A stretch of DNA of 64,000 nt, from the NCBI RefSeq assembly GCF_009914755.1, contig NC_060933.1; one strand, 5' to 3'. The notes beneath the pieces are model-generated. The model was given only the letters and a program-made list of their open reading frames with translations, was not told the origin of the DNA and searched no databases. A program made the translations under genes and the position numbers. The stretch is from the human T2T-CHM13v2.0 reference genome, Homo sapiens. The stretch's first letter is position 1. Every line of letters begins with the position of its first letter. Positions 1 to 13,719 of the stretch are shown here, piece after piece.

Positions 1-689
1 AATGACAGTCACAGAATATGTTGGGAACCCCTGAGCAAGCCACGCTTCTTCTCATCTCCATGCTTTTGCATGCACAGATCCCTCAGCCTGGGGGCTTGCA
101 TTTCTGGCAAACTTCAGTGACTCTCCAAGTCATGGGTACTCTGGGAAGACTCTCGTCAATATTGTCCCACTCCCAAGATTAACTTAACAATTATTTTTTG
201 TTTTGTTTTTTTGTTTTTTTTCTGTTTCTCCTAGAAGACTATGGACTCATTCAGGACAGCTTATTTCTTGATTATTTTTGGTTCTCCAGTAAATGTTAAA
301 CAGATGAAGGCATTCAAGCTACTCCTCTTATAAACAAAGAAACTGAGATCAGGAGAGTTAAATAATGTGTCTAGGGGCATTAAAACTAGCAGAGACATCA
401 GGACAGTTTCCATTCGTCAGTGAAAATACCTTTTTTTGATATTTTAATGTGGATATAATTTCCAGAAATGATATTATGTACAAAATATGAAAAGAACTCT
501 GTAGTTCTTCATAATTACCCTCCATCCTTGTCACCCTTTACCTTCCCCTAATTGCTTTCATAGAGCTCCTTTTTGGAAGAATGAGAAGAGAATGTTATAG
601 AAGATAAAAATCACTTGAGAAAAAAAAGTCATGTTAAGTGACTGACAGATAGGTCATGCATATTGAAGTTCACAATAACAAGAGCCACT

Positions 690-915
690 TCTGTTGACCA
701 AGCGCAGAGGGCAATGGGCCAGGTGCCTAACATATATTCATCTTCATAACAGTCTCATGGGTAGATACTAATCTTCTCATCTTAAATAAGAGAACCAAGG
801 TTCTGAGAGGTAAAGCAACTGGCTCAGGATCAAGCAGCGTAGCTACTAATTGGCCCAGTCAAAATATGAACCTTGTTTTCCCTGACTTCAAGGCCCTCCC
901 CAGCATCCACTATGG
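690..915 (-). mobile_element. MIR SINE fragment
   Basis: Degenerate core ...agagaaccaaggttctgagaggtaaagcaactggctcaggatca...; boundaries approximate. Confidence 0.6.
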
Positions 916-2294
916 CATCCCTCTAAGTACACACTTAGCATTCCGGTGCTAAAATCCCAATTTTACTTTGAAATAAAAATGCAACTCAATAAAGAGTGTC
1001 TTTTTTCAGTCCTTGCTATGGTCTCTTGGAAGTTGAAAGCTTGCTTTGGAAGCAGAGACAGAGTTGTTTCCTGAGAGCCTTGGGCTCCACATGGGAGCAG
1101 GTGAAAAGACATTTTGGAGAATGTCCAGTGATGGTCAAGGGCCAATTAGTTATAGAGAACTTGTATGAGAACAACGACTGAGAAAAAATGAAAGTTGAAA
1201 TTGTATGAGAATAAGGACTGGGAAACAGAAAACGAGTTATGTGAGAGTCCCTTAAGACGGGTAGGACTCCCACAAGAAAAAAACAAAAGGCTCTACTATG
1301 AAAGATACGAAGTTTAATGTTAGTAAAGAAAATGTCTGAGGTTTTTTTTTTTTTTTTAATGTGGGTGAAAGAACAAACATTTTAAAAGTCTAAGTAGAAC
1401 TAAGCTTTGGAACTTGAGAAATTACTTGCACTTTGAGTTTTCACAACTATAGAAGATCAGTAAGAAAAAAAGACTATAAGCGCATAGACATACGCCCTGT
1501 TTTGGATGCAATGTTTCTTCTAAGGTGAGCTGCTGTGTCTTTGTGTTCTACTAGATTTGTTTATAAGATGCCAAAAGCAGCCCACTGGGAGGGGACTCTG
1601 TACTTTTTCATTTTACTTGGTGAGACTGGTCCTTAACTGCAGAACAAAGACAGCATGTTCTCAGATGGCCGACTGGTAGGCCAATCTTTGCTATAAAAGC
1701 GGCTCAGGGACTTTATTCAGTAGGTACTTTTGAGTTAAATCTGAGAGGTCTGCATTAAAATGTAATCACTTCTGCACTGTCTAGAGATAGTAATAGCCTA
1801 TTTTCTGAGAGAAAAGAGCCTGAAAATAAGGCTTCACTGCTGATAGATCAGGTGGGGATGTCGACTGGAAAAAGCAGCTCTTTACAGCAGGACACTCTTT
1901 CTTCTGTTTGCTCCTGTTGTTGATACTAGCAATTTTGATCACAACAAAGAGTTTCTATGAACTGTAAATTTAGTTAGAAATTGATCCAGACACACACTTT
2001 GGTTAATCACCTGCTGTGTGCCGAGCGGTGAGCTTGTTACCACGTGGCCAACAGCATACCGAGAGGCCAGACACCTGACCAAAACACCTGACCCAGAGAG
2101 GCTTGATCACAGCAAATGACTGGAGAGTAAGAAAGGGCAACATAACAAGTGATAATTGCACTGGTTTAAACTAGCAAGTTTCCATTTCTTTCAGTCTTTT
2201 ATTCTTCTTCTTCTTATTGTTATGATTATTATTATTATTTTTTTTTACTGACATCAGCAAAGCCCTAAGGGTTTGGCCTGGGATAGGAAATGGT

Positions 2295-2475
2295 AGGGTT
2301 TCATTGATTCTAAGACATACATTTCCTTTCCACATTCTAACATCTCTGAAATTGATGTGCATCTTAAAATTGATGGCATCGTGCAGTTATAGGGGTGATA
2401 TCTTTTATTCCTTAGTGGTACATGCAATGATGGAGTATCTTAAAATTGATGGCACCTAGATGAGATAAAATAAGT
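2295..2475. mobile_element. Short DNA-transposon fossil (MER104-like, TcMar)
   Basis: gtttcattgattctaagaca... start, repeated atcttaaaattgatggca, degenerate inverted end. Confidence 0.55.
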
Positions 2476-2479
2476 AATA

Positions 2480-2700
2480 GTTACTAAGACTACTGAGTAC
2501 TGGTGTCAGGAAACCTGATAAGCATGTATGTGTTTGTTTTTAATGATTGTATGAAGTAAGTACTATGACTGCTTCTTTATATAGAGATGAACAAACTAAA
2601 ATACAGAGAGGTTCAGTCATTTGCTTAAGGTCACACAGTTTGAGCTAGGGGCCAAACTGGTGACCTGAGCCAAGGGCCTGTATACTTAGCAACTGTGTCA
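2480..2700 (-). mobile_element. MIR SINE fragment
   Basis: cagagaggttcagtcatttgcttaaggtcacacag core. Confidence 0.6.
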
Positions 2701-3789
2701 TAATATTTATTCCCACTGCTGGCTCAACAAGTAGAAAGCCCGGAGTGGCAGGCAGAGAGGTTTGGACCCAATCTGAGAAGCAGAAAAACTGCCATGTTCG
2801 TAAGGAATTGGGCAAAGACTCTCCCACACCCACCTCCAATCCCAGTGTATTAGGAGATTCTGATCTGGAATAGTAAATTTAGCCATTCATCTTCCTCAAT
2901 TTCATCCATCCCAGGTACAAAAATGTTGTTACTGCTTTTTATTTCACAAAATCGCTCATTTTTCTCATTCCATTACCAAACCACCATAATTTGTTCTCAA
3001 CTTTTTTAAAAACAATCTTTTATCTCTTGTGACTCATATGTCAAAAATACTTAGAAATGGAGGCCTTCCCTTAGAAATGGAAGAGTCTATTCCACTCTTC
3101 CACTTTGCATAAAAGATGAAAACAGATCTCTGTCGTCCACCACTTCCTTCCTTCAAGAAAGTGGGGGAACCACCTTCAAGAAAAAATCCAGTGCATTCGA
3201 AGTTGGCCAAAAAAAATTGTGTGTGTGTGTATGTGTGTGTGTTTGGTTTCTTGTTTTTGTTTGTATGATTCTTGAATACATGTCCCCCCTCATGAGCTTA
3301 CACATAAATTATAAACTAATAGAAAGCAGATATGACAGTAGTTTTGCATTATAAGTGCTCAGAGGTTTACAAAACCTAATAATGATGACTGTTTTACTAA
3401 TGATGGTTCTGCGCCTGTGAATACACTGTGGCACATGTGGTCAAATATACCAAGAGTCTTTTCCAAGGGAAAATAGAAATGTTTTCTTTTGTGGTCATTG
3501 CTTAGATGACAGACAATTTTTGTCCCCTCTGCGGAGAAATACAATGTTTACTATCAGGAGTGAACAAATTATCTATGGAGAAAAGCAATGCGTCCTTAGC
3601 ATGTCATAGAGAACCACTGGGTTTTCCCAGGAATAGTCATGCAATGGAAATTGGTAACTATGACATTTTCACAGAAATTTTAAATATCAATATTTTGATC
3701 TAGTTTGATACTAAGGTTTCTGAACTCTATCATCAGGGCATAGTAAGAAATAAAGTGTGAAACATTTAAGTGTTTATATCAGGTAAGTT

Positions 3790-3955
3790 AAGGTGCAGTG
3801 AAGAAGAACAAAACAAGATGAATTTGTGACCTGGTTTTACCACACATAGTAGGTGTGTGACCTTGGGTAAGTCACTTCTTTCTCAGTCTTATGCTCCTTA
3901 CCTCTATGATGGGAGAGTGAAACCACATGATCTCTGTGGTTTAGACAGCTCTAAA
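3790..3955 (+). mobile_element. MIR SINE fragment
   Basis: tgtgtgaccttgggtaagtcactt core. Confidence 0.55.
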
Positions 3956-4804
3956 TATTAAAAAACATGACCTAAGCAATGTTTTTAATGTCTCTATACG
4001 TCTCAACACTGTCTTGATGTATTTCATTATTCATCAAGGAAATATATTTTTCCTTTATCTGTCTTACTGAGTGATGGGAAGATTTTAACTTACTCTACAA
4101 AGGTGTAATACATATTGTTATAAAAACAGAAGGACAGGGCTCTGATATCTGAAATATTTCATATAAAAGGGTCATTATCATCATCACAGACAGGAGATGT
4201 GAGAGTGCTGCCATGAGAACAGGAAGAAACTCAGCACATGTGGGTGCTGAATGGTGGGAGACATGTGAGCACTGAGACTGGAGACAGTCCACATCCAGAG
4301 ACGGCAGCAAATGTGTTGGGACTGGGCTTTGTGATGAGAACAAAACAGATCAAAGAGGCCTTCTTCAGGGAACACTTCTGTGAACCACAGAGTTTCTTGT
4401 CCCTCTCCAATGGCAACAGAAAGATTGCTCCGAGTTAATACATAGCTTTAAGGTAATACTACTAACAGAGCTAGTGCTGACTAACTTGAAACTAGATGTC
4501 TGATGACTGTTCATCTCTGTGTAACTACCATGACAGGATGGACTGTGGTCCAAAATGTGACTTGTAAGTGAGCTGACAGGAACTCAGAAAAAATGCTGTT
4601 GTTGTAACTACTTAAAAAGGGGTTATTATCTCAACCCACACCACAAAATGTATAACATCTAGAATGTACCTGAAGTAGAGTATGTGATTTGGGACAGTAT
4701 TTCTATTAGAAAACTGTACCTTGAGGACCACATTGGGAACTAGTTTTACATTTTCTCTAACTTTATAGCTTTTCTTGATAGTGACCACTGGGATGCCCAT
4801 TAAT

Positions 4805-5119
4805 TTTTTTTATTTTTTTTTTACTTTTTTTCAGACAGGGTCTCCCTCTGTCACCCAGGCTGCAGTGCAGTGACATGATCTCAGCTCACTGCAGACTCAA
4901 CCCCTTGGGGGTCAGGTGATCCTCCCACCTCAGCCTCCTGAGTAGCTGGGACTACAGGTGCATGCCACCACGACAGGCTAATTTTTTTTTTTTTTGTAGT
5001 TTTGCAGAGACAGTTTCACCATGTTGCCTAGGCTGGTCTCAAACTCCTGGACTCAAGCGATCTGCCCGCAGCGTCCTCCCAAAGTGCTGGGATTACAGGT
5101 GTGAGCCACTGTGCCCAGC
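4805..5119 (-). mobile_element. Alu (AluJ-like), full length
   Basis: Poly-T, agacagggtctccctctgtcacccaggc ... gtgagccactgtgcccagc. Confidence 0.95.
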
Positions 5120-5159
5120 TGGGATGACAATTTATTACACAAAGACATCATCAATATCT

Positions 5160-5275
5160 TTTAAAATGTAGATTCTGAATCAGTAGCAGTGGGGTAGTAC
5201 CTATAATTCTACATTTCTAACAAGTTCCCAGGTGACGCCAATGCTGCTGGTCTGTAGTCCACACTGACTATGAGA
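5160..5275. mobile_element. MER5-like hAT fragment
   Basis: catttctaacaagttcccaggtgacgccaatgctgctggtc. Confidence 0.65.
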
Positions 5276-6341
5276 CTACCAGAACGTTCATTTCTCATGT
5301 GCCTTTCCCTTGATAAAATGCACTTCACTCCTCTTCCTAGTTCCACTAAGAGTGCCATCTTCTCTTCAATACCTTTCTCAATTCTCCAGATCATTATGAC
5401 CTTTACTGAATCCCAATAACATTCCAGCACTTAAGATTACCTCCTTGGTGTAATTCTCGTTTGATTGTATATACTTGTCTTTGACAACTACAAACTCCAG
5501 AAGTACAGGTTTCTTACAACTTCTATATTTTCTCAGCACTGAGCACAATGCTTTTCTGTAGTACTGTAGTGGATAATTATTAGTTCCTCCTCCCAGCTCA
5601 CAAGCCTCCTTACACAGAAACTTCGCTCTCCCCCATCTAAGATCTGTATGAGTGGACTGTTAGCAGTTACGTCCCAATGTGTGTCACCACAACAAACAGT
5701 CAATTAGATAGAGTTCAGAGTTTGCTCTCTGGCATTTAAAACATGACTGGCAAGTACAACTTAGTCTCTTTATGGGGCCTGTACGTAAATGAAAATATGA
5801 TTACAGACCATGTTTTCTGTGCGTGGGTGAGAAAAAAAGAAGACGCTGGCTTGTATAAGGGGAAGAATAAAGCCACCACAGAGAAAGCACAAAGATGAAA
5901 GCTCCAGAGAAGATATCAGGAAATTGCCACAGCCCTTCAGTTTTAGATGATAGTTCTTAATGTGTACCTTTACTGTTAGCCTTGGCCCTATAATACATCA
6001 AAAATGCTCTTCTGTATTTCCTTGAGAATTTCTAGGGGCTGCAGTTGCTTACGATCTATCTAGTCTAAATAAGATTTGTATATATATGACTGTGATGATG
6101 CCTACTGATTAAATTTTAAATATACTAGTCTATATGCTATCTCAGAAAATGGTGAAATGAAGACTGGGGGTCATGTTCTGTAATACATTACCCTAAACCA
6201 ATGACATTCCTCAAATTGAAGTCTTTGGAGCACCTGCATCAAAGTCACCTGAAGAGCTCTTTTAAAATGCAGATTTGTGGATACCACAGCTGACCTATTA
6301 AACTAGCATTTCTGGGGCTGGGACCAGGAATTTCAATTTTA

Positions 6342-6588
6342 TTGTGTCTCTGCCAGGTTTTGGTATCAGGATGATGCTGGCCTCATAAAATGAGTTAGGG
6401 AGGAGTCCCTCTTTTTCTATTGTTTGTAATAGTTTCAGAAGGAATGGTATCAGCTTCTCTTTGCACCTCTGGTAGAATTTGGCTGTGAATCTGTCTGGTC
6501 CTGGGCTTTTTTTGGTTGGTACGCTATTAATTACTGCCTCAATTTCAAAACGTGTTATTGGTCTATTCAGGGATTTGACTTCTTCCTT
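6342..6588 (-). mobile_element. Internal L1PA ORF2 fragment flanked by a 15-bp TSD, inserted in a MER5-like element
   Basis: ggttttggtatcaggatgatgctggcctcataaaatgagttagggagg is typical L1 ORF2 antisense; GGAATTTCAATTTTA at 6327-6341 and 6589-6603. Confidence 0.9.
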
Positions 6589-7630
6589 GGAATTTCAATT
6601 TTAAATAGGCAACCAAATGATCTGTAGGCGCCAGCCTAAGATTTTGTTTGGCAAGGTCTACACAAATTACTCTGATTTAAAGATTCACCAGCCTAATATA
6701 TGGACTTTAACAGCCATACCAACTTTAAGGAGGACTTTCTTCCCTGCATTCCAGATGCCATTCTCAAATTGAGACTACTTAAATTCCAGCAGGACTTTTC
6801 AGTTTCATCTCAGAAAATGGACATCTAAAGTGTTTATAAAGACCTGCAGAGATGGGGTTACACTAATTTATCAAGTCCATTCTTCCAGCTTTCACTAAAT
6901 TCACTGTTGGAGTTCAACGGCCTTTACAGTACAGGAAGTGTCTCATAGGATCTAATAATACTGTGCTACAATTTAACCTACTTCCTCGTATTCTGACCTC
7001 AGGATCAGTGCAAACAGCTTTCACGCCTTTAACCTGTTTTAGTCTTAGAATCAGAGTAAAAAAAAATTAGCTTCGTGCATCTTACAAGTTCTGAGTAAAC
7101 ATTTACTCACAGTGATTATGCCAAAATAATCAGGTGTTTGAAAGCAATGTGAGTTTTCTTTCCTCCATTTTCTTTGCTGAAAGCCAGTAAAAATCTATTC
7201 AAATTTATGTAGAAGATAATAAACAATTTTTCCCCACAAAATGTTGCTCTGAGCCTAAATTTTTATGTTGAGGTCTTAATCCTATTATCACAGTTGAATA
7301 CAACACTTAAACATCTCCTTCATGCCGGTTAAGGCACAGTAGAGTCAATTCATGCCCAGGGAGCTTTAATCATGGATCATCATCATGAACATCAGTGAAG
7401 AGTCTATGTGGGCTATCAGGTCCACAGCTAAGCCTACTGGGGAAGCTGTGCATAGCAGCATTGCCAGCATGCAGTTCATAACTATTTTCAAGAAGCACTT
7501 CTGATCTAATGGCTAAATGAGGATCATTAAAGTATCTTTACATGTAGCATTTCTTGAAAATTCCACATTTAAAAGAGGCCAGTTATTGCATTCAATAGAT
7601 GCAACTGAGATTGCTTGAGTGATGGTTTTA

Positions 7631-9068
<1,438 letters not shown>

Positions 9069-10242
9069 TATTATTGCCCATGGTTTAAAGTTATATTGGT
9101 GGAGAGTGAATTAACGGCTTACTAACAGGTCGAGCTATCATATTTCCGTAATTTGTAACCCATTACATAACTTATAATCAAAAATAAATAATTAAAGCAG
9201 GGCTATGAAAAAATATCACATGGCAAAATAATAAGAATCATATAACAATAAAAAGTAGGTTGGAGTGATGAAAGATTTCTGGTTCATAAAAATTGACATA
9301 ACTAAGAGTTTTTTATGGTGCCCCAGGTGCTATTTATGATTTGCCTTATTTTCTCTAAACTCACTATGGAGCCCTAAGCCCTAAATTAGAAACTATAGAA
9401 AGTGTTTTAAAGGATACTGCATAATTTTAAAGGAGCTATTCTGATCAAGAGGAAGAGCAGGAAAGAAATAAGCTGCGACCATTTGAGAAAAGAAGACAAC
9501 GTGCAATCCGGTGTGAATTTTCCTAGCATTGAAAATGTTCTCCTGAATGCTTGGAGCAGAATAAAGGAAGATATAACTTCACCAAGAGGCAAGGAAACAA
9601 ACAAAATCTTTGCATCCTATCAAATATGTGACAAAGATGCTGCAGTATGCAAACTGAATGAAACGTGGTCTGGCTCTTGAGGGTGGAGGTGAATGAGACT
9701 ACAGATATGTTTTGGTTTTCCAGCACAGTAACTTAAAATAATGAACATTTGAATATTTGAAGATTTTGGGAAGGCCATGCCACAGGCCTCACTGCTCTAT
9801 GTTCTCTTACATGGAGCTTCTTCTTATTTTTGTGACCCCTCTAAGCCACTTGAGGTTGGGGGTCCTCTTAGAGGTTACTACAGAATGTGACAGGGTAGAA
9901 TGTTAGCGCTGGTAGGTCCAGTGCAACTGCCCCAATTAAGGCTGATACAACAGATACCAAGAGGTAACAGGATGTGTTAACGACTCCCAGTAAGTAAATC
10001 AATAGAAACCCCGATGGTGAAATTTGGGCTGCCCAGGTACCCAATAACCTTTTATTATTTGGTATATCTACAAGATTTTAGTTGTACATTTTAATCTTAT
10101 GTTAAAACTGGTCTAGAAAAAACAATTATCGTCCAGTTATCAACAATGCATTAATTGGCTTCATTAAGGGTCCTTGTTGCTGGAGAATACCAGAAATACC
10201 CAGTTTTATAACTTTTTGATTGATATATACCACAATATCCAA

Positions 10243-10244
<2 letters not shown>

Positions 10245-10278
<34 letters not shown>

Positions 10279-10294
10279 GCACGTGCATACACAC
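10245..10294. repeat. (CA)n microsatellite
   Basis: acacacac... run degrading to acgc units. Confidence 0.95.
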
Positions 10295-10634
10295 AGGCTT
10301 TTAATTTACCTCCATCAAGAATTCACAAAGAATCTTTAAGGATTCTGGAATTTTAAGATAGCATTCAGCGCACCATTCCTTCAAAAACAAGCAACTCTCT
10401 GAAAATACATTTCTATCTTAATATTAGCTCTAGCATTAATTTAGATTGAAGGATAAGATAATATACACATACTCAATAATTACAGAGTTTTCATGGCTTA
10501 TAAAACCAAGAGTCTTGAGAAATGTACTTAATCTTCGTAATCTTTCTTTCTAGATGAGGATTCTTATCACAAATCAGTGTATTTGGCACCTATTTGGTAT
10601 GCTGGAAAGCTTATCAATTTAGTATATTCTAGGA

Positions 10635-10895
10635 ACTGAAAAATCAGAAGACAAATACTGCATGATCTCATTTATATGTGAAATCCAAAGAAGTCAAACT
10701 CATAGCAGTAGATAATAGAGTGGTGATTACCAATGGAGGGCTGGCAAAAGGGGAGATGTTGATCAGTTTTAGCTAGATGGCAGGAATAAGCTTTAGCGAT
10801 CTATTGCACAGAATGGTGACTATAATTAATAATAATGCATAATATGTAAATATATACAATTATTGCCAATTAAAAATAAAATAAAAATAAAAAAC
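10635..10895 (+). mobile_element. Old L1 (L1M) 3' end fragment
   Basis: aagacaaatactgcatgatctcatttatatgtg...tagagtggtgattacca...A-rich tail. Confidence 0.8.
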
Positions 10896-11135
10896 AGAAA
10901 ATTCATAATCTCAGCAAGTAATATTGAACAAACATAAAATTAACTTTTTCAAACTGTAATTACTATATTGCTTGTGCAGACACTTTTAAGTTGACGGTTC
11001 ATTATACATTTTTATATCATATTTGAGTCATATTTAAAGGGAAAAGCACTGATGAAGTTAATTTTCAAGAATATGGTCAAAAAAAGAGAAGAGTAACTCT
11101 TGAAATTACTGTAAAGAATAAACACAGTGAATTAC

Positions 11136-11233
11136 CTCATATTCCTGGGAAAACTTCAAGTTGTCATTTGCTTTCAATCTTTCAATGTGGTCTGCAAGTT
11201 CCAAGATGGGTATTGGAGGATGGCTAGCCATAC
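11136..11233 (-). CDS. PTPRD: PTPRD coding exon, 98 nt ([33 protein letters not shown]), D1 wedge region, phase 1-0
   Basis: Acceptor tttttcaatag|GTATGG, donor GAG|gtaatt; manual translation; not in the ORF track. Confidence 0.96.
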
Positions 11234-11741
11234 CTATTGAAAAAAGCAAAGAAGAAACACATTTGAAAACAAATGAAAATGATGCTAACTATTCCAAAAT
11301 ATAGAGAATACTATAGTTAGAAATGGCCTGAAAATATGTGAGTAGTAAAGATGTTTTAGGTGAGGAAGCAGGCAAATAGTTTGGTTACTCAAAGCAGGAC
11401 ATGCTCTGGGAAGATGAATTTTGTAGCCAAATGAAAAGTCACCAAGCATAATCTCCAAACTAACACTCCTAGTGTAAAAGAAAGCGTTATTGTGCTATGA
11501 ATCAATAAGGTTAGCTAGTGGAAAAAACTGACAGTCAGGCTTGATGTCAACTTCTGCTTTGAGTAATGACTTTTATGCCATTTCAAACTCCTTCTCCTGC
11601 ACTGTGTGAAATGGAAATTGTGTGGAATTAAATGGTGTAAAGTGAAATAAGAAAACAGACACTGAGAAAGGCCTAAAAGGGAAAGAGTAGTAGCTTGATA
11701 GTAAACATAAAATGACTTATGCATAATCAAGGAAAACTAAC

Positions 11742-11783
11742 TTGAAGAATGAAGGTTACCAGGGTAACCGGAATCATCTGAAC
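11742..11783 (-). CDS. PTPRD: PTPRD alternative 42-nt juxtamembrane exon (SDDSGYPGNLHSSS), at the mini-exon D-type position of LAR-family PTPs
   Basis: Acceptor catttcctttgcag|GTTCAG, donor TCAA|gttagt; phase 1-1; no stop. Confidence 0.85.
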
Positions 11784-11989
11784 CTGCAAAGGAAATGATG
11801 GTGTAAATAAAATAAAATAGAACAAATTCTTCAAAAAAAAATGAAATGGAAAGCCTGATATATTTTTTAAAAGGACTAATTAAAATGCTGCAAGTTTTTA
11901 CAGAATTCACTATACATTGTGGCTAGTACAATGTGACTACTACATTAAGATCGCTAATATTTCACAAACCTGTAGGTGACTGACATTCA

Positions 11990-12021
11990 CATGCAAACAC
12001 AGACACAAAGAATGACATGCA
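11990..12021 (-). promoter_or_regulatory. Tandem RBFOX-type UGCAUG elements in the pre-mRNA
   Basis: catgca at 11990-11995 and 12016-12021 on the plus strand, which reads TGCATG on the transcribed strand; lies between the cassette exons. Confidence 0.55.
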
Positions 12022-13244
12022 CCACGACTCACTGACGATAATCACTGACGGCACAATCAGACACCAAACTGAGCTTCAAAAATGTTTCCACTAGTAGCAG
12101 ATTGTAGAGGTTGGGGTTGCAGCCTTCTCCTGGACATTTATAAATGGCCACACTAACAACTCTGTGATATTTTGCCCCAGGTCCCCATTATTCAACCCCC
12201 AGCAAACCTACAATCTACTTCAGGTGTAAACATCTTTGTCCACTAATGAGAAATGGATTCAGGGAAGTGAGCAAATGGTGAAAAGACAGGAGGGAAAGAG
12301 GGTGAAGAAAGAAGGAAAGCAGAGATGGGGTGACACATTCTAGTTCATTCAGCCAGCGGAAGATATAGTAATTTCATAGATTCCATGAAAAATAATCCAC
12401 TATTAATTTTGGTGACTCCTGTGTCTTTCTGATGTTTTCTCACTTTTCATATGATTTGTCTTTTATTTCTTTCCTATTAATTTTACAGAAGTATCATGAA
12501 AGAGCATTGCTGACTCTTATCTTACAGATATAAATTCCAGCTGGCTACAAAAACCTGAACTAGCATGTCCCCAGGGAAGCCACTGAAGCAGGAAAAGAAT
12601 GAGGGAGGAGCTCAAACTGGAAGCCATGTGTTGACATTCTGCTGTCACTGTGGCTCTTTGGAGGAAGGCTACAGAATGATGGCCATTGAGTCAACATGAC
12701 ATGTGACTACTTTAAGAGCATTTTAGGAATTATACCATTGTTAAAAGTCACCCAGTAAGTTCCTTTATCTCAAATGCCAAATTATTAATGGTTCTGGTAA
12801 GTTAAGTAAAAAGCTACCCTGCTTTTTGAAGACAACCACTTTAGCAAGTGTTGTGAATTGTGGTGGTTTAGTTTTTATGGCTATGAAGGTCTGCTTCCAG
12901 TCAGCTAAAATTTTAGTGGAGAGCCAATAAAACTGAATTGCTTGCAAGTAGAAACTCTTTGTTGGTGATATAATAATGCCTTTGGAACAAAATTTTGGAA
13001 CCCTTTCTGAAACTTTTCTGTATTAATGATAGAACTGAAATAATTTACATTCTATGGAGGAAGTGTGAGGGTGACAGTGATCTGATAATTACGTGATCTT
13101 ATCCAGATGAGGCACCCCCAACGAAAAGAATGGAAATGCAAAGGCATAGGTGACTTTAGGCTTATCTGGAAATGGAAATGGACTGATGTGGACATCATTA
13201 CAGTGCTTTCACAGAGAAAATAATAGAGACAAAGATGTTTAGAC

Positions 13245-13364
13245 CTTTTCGAGCGGATCGTGGGAGAGAGTTATTATCATATATGGACTGAGTGGTGGTT
13301 TGGCTAGAGAGGGAGGACACAGAGCCAATCAGGGAGGCGTAGGGGACTGAATTACTGCTCAAAG
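13245..13364 (-). CDS. PTPRD: Candidate PTPRD 120-nt in-frame cassette exon (ALSSNSVPYASLIGSVSSLSSQTTTQSIYDNNSLPRSARK)
   Basis: Acceptor ttactttttgcag|CTTTG, weak donor AAG|gtctaa; phase 1-1; stop-free in the PTPRD frame; locally retained CpGs. Confidence 0.6.
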
Positions 13365-13719
13365 CTGCAAAAAGTAAAGCCAGTTGGAGACGGGAAAAGT
13401 ATTAGTATAACAGCAGTAGAAGACCATAATAATAACCAAAGATGTGATCAACATATTTACTTGTGGCATGCACTGGCACATGGTCTGGAAGTATTATATT
13501 GGAAGTTTATTAAAGAAAAATTCAAGCAGACCTACATTGAGTCATTATATTCCACATCAGAATATATATACATATATGTATCACATGCAAGATATCACAG
13601 CATTAAAGAATCGCTACATAAAACTTATCATTGGATACCATATTGCACTCCATTTCTAAGACAAGTAAAAATGGCAGATGGATGTTTCACAGAAAAGGGA
13701 GGAGAATCTGTGTGAATCC

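Noticed and set aside
13321-13345. CCAAT box plus GC-rich motif suggesting an internal promoter
   Set aside because: Better explained as part of the 120-nt candidate exon; no CpG island.
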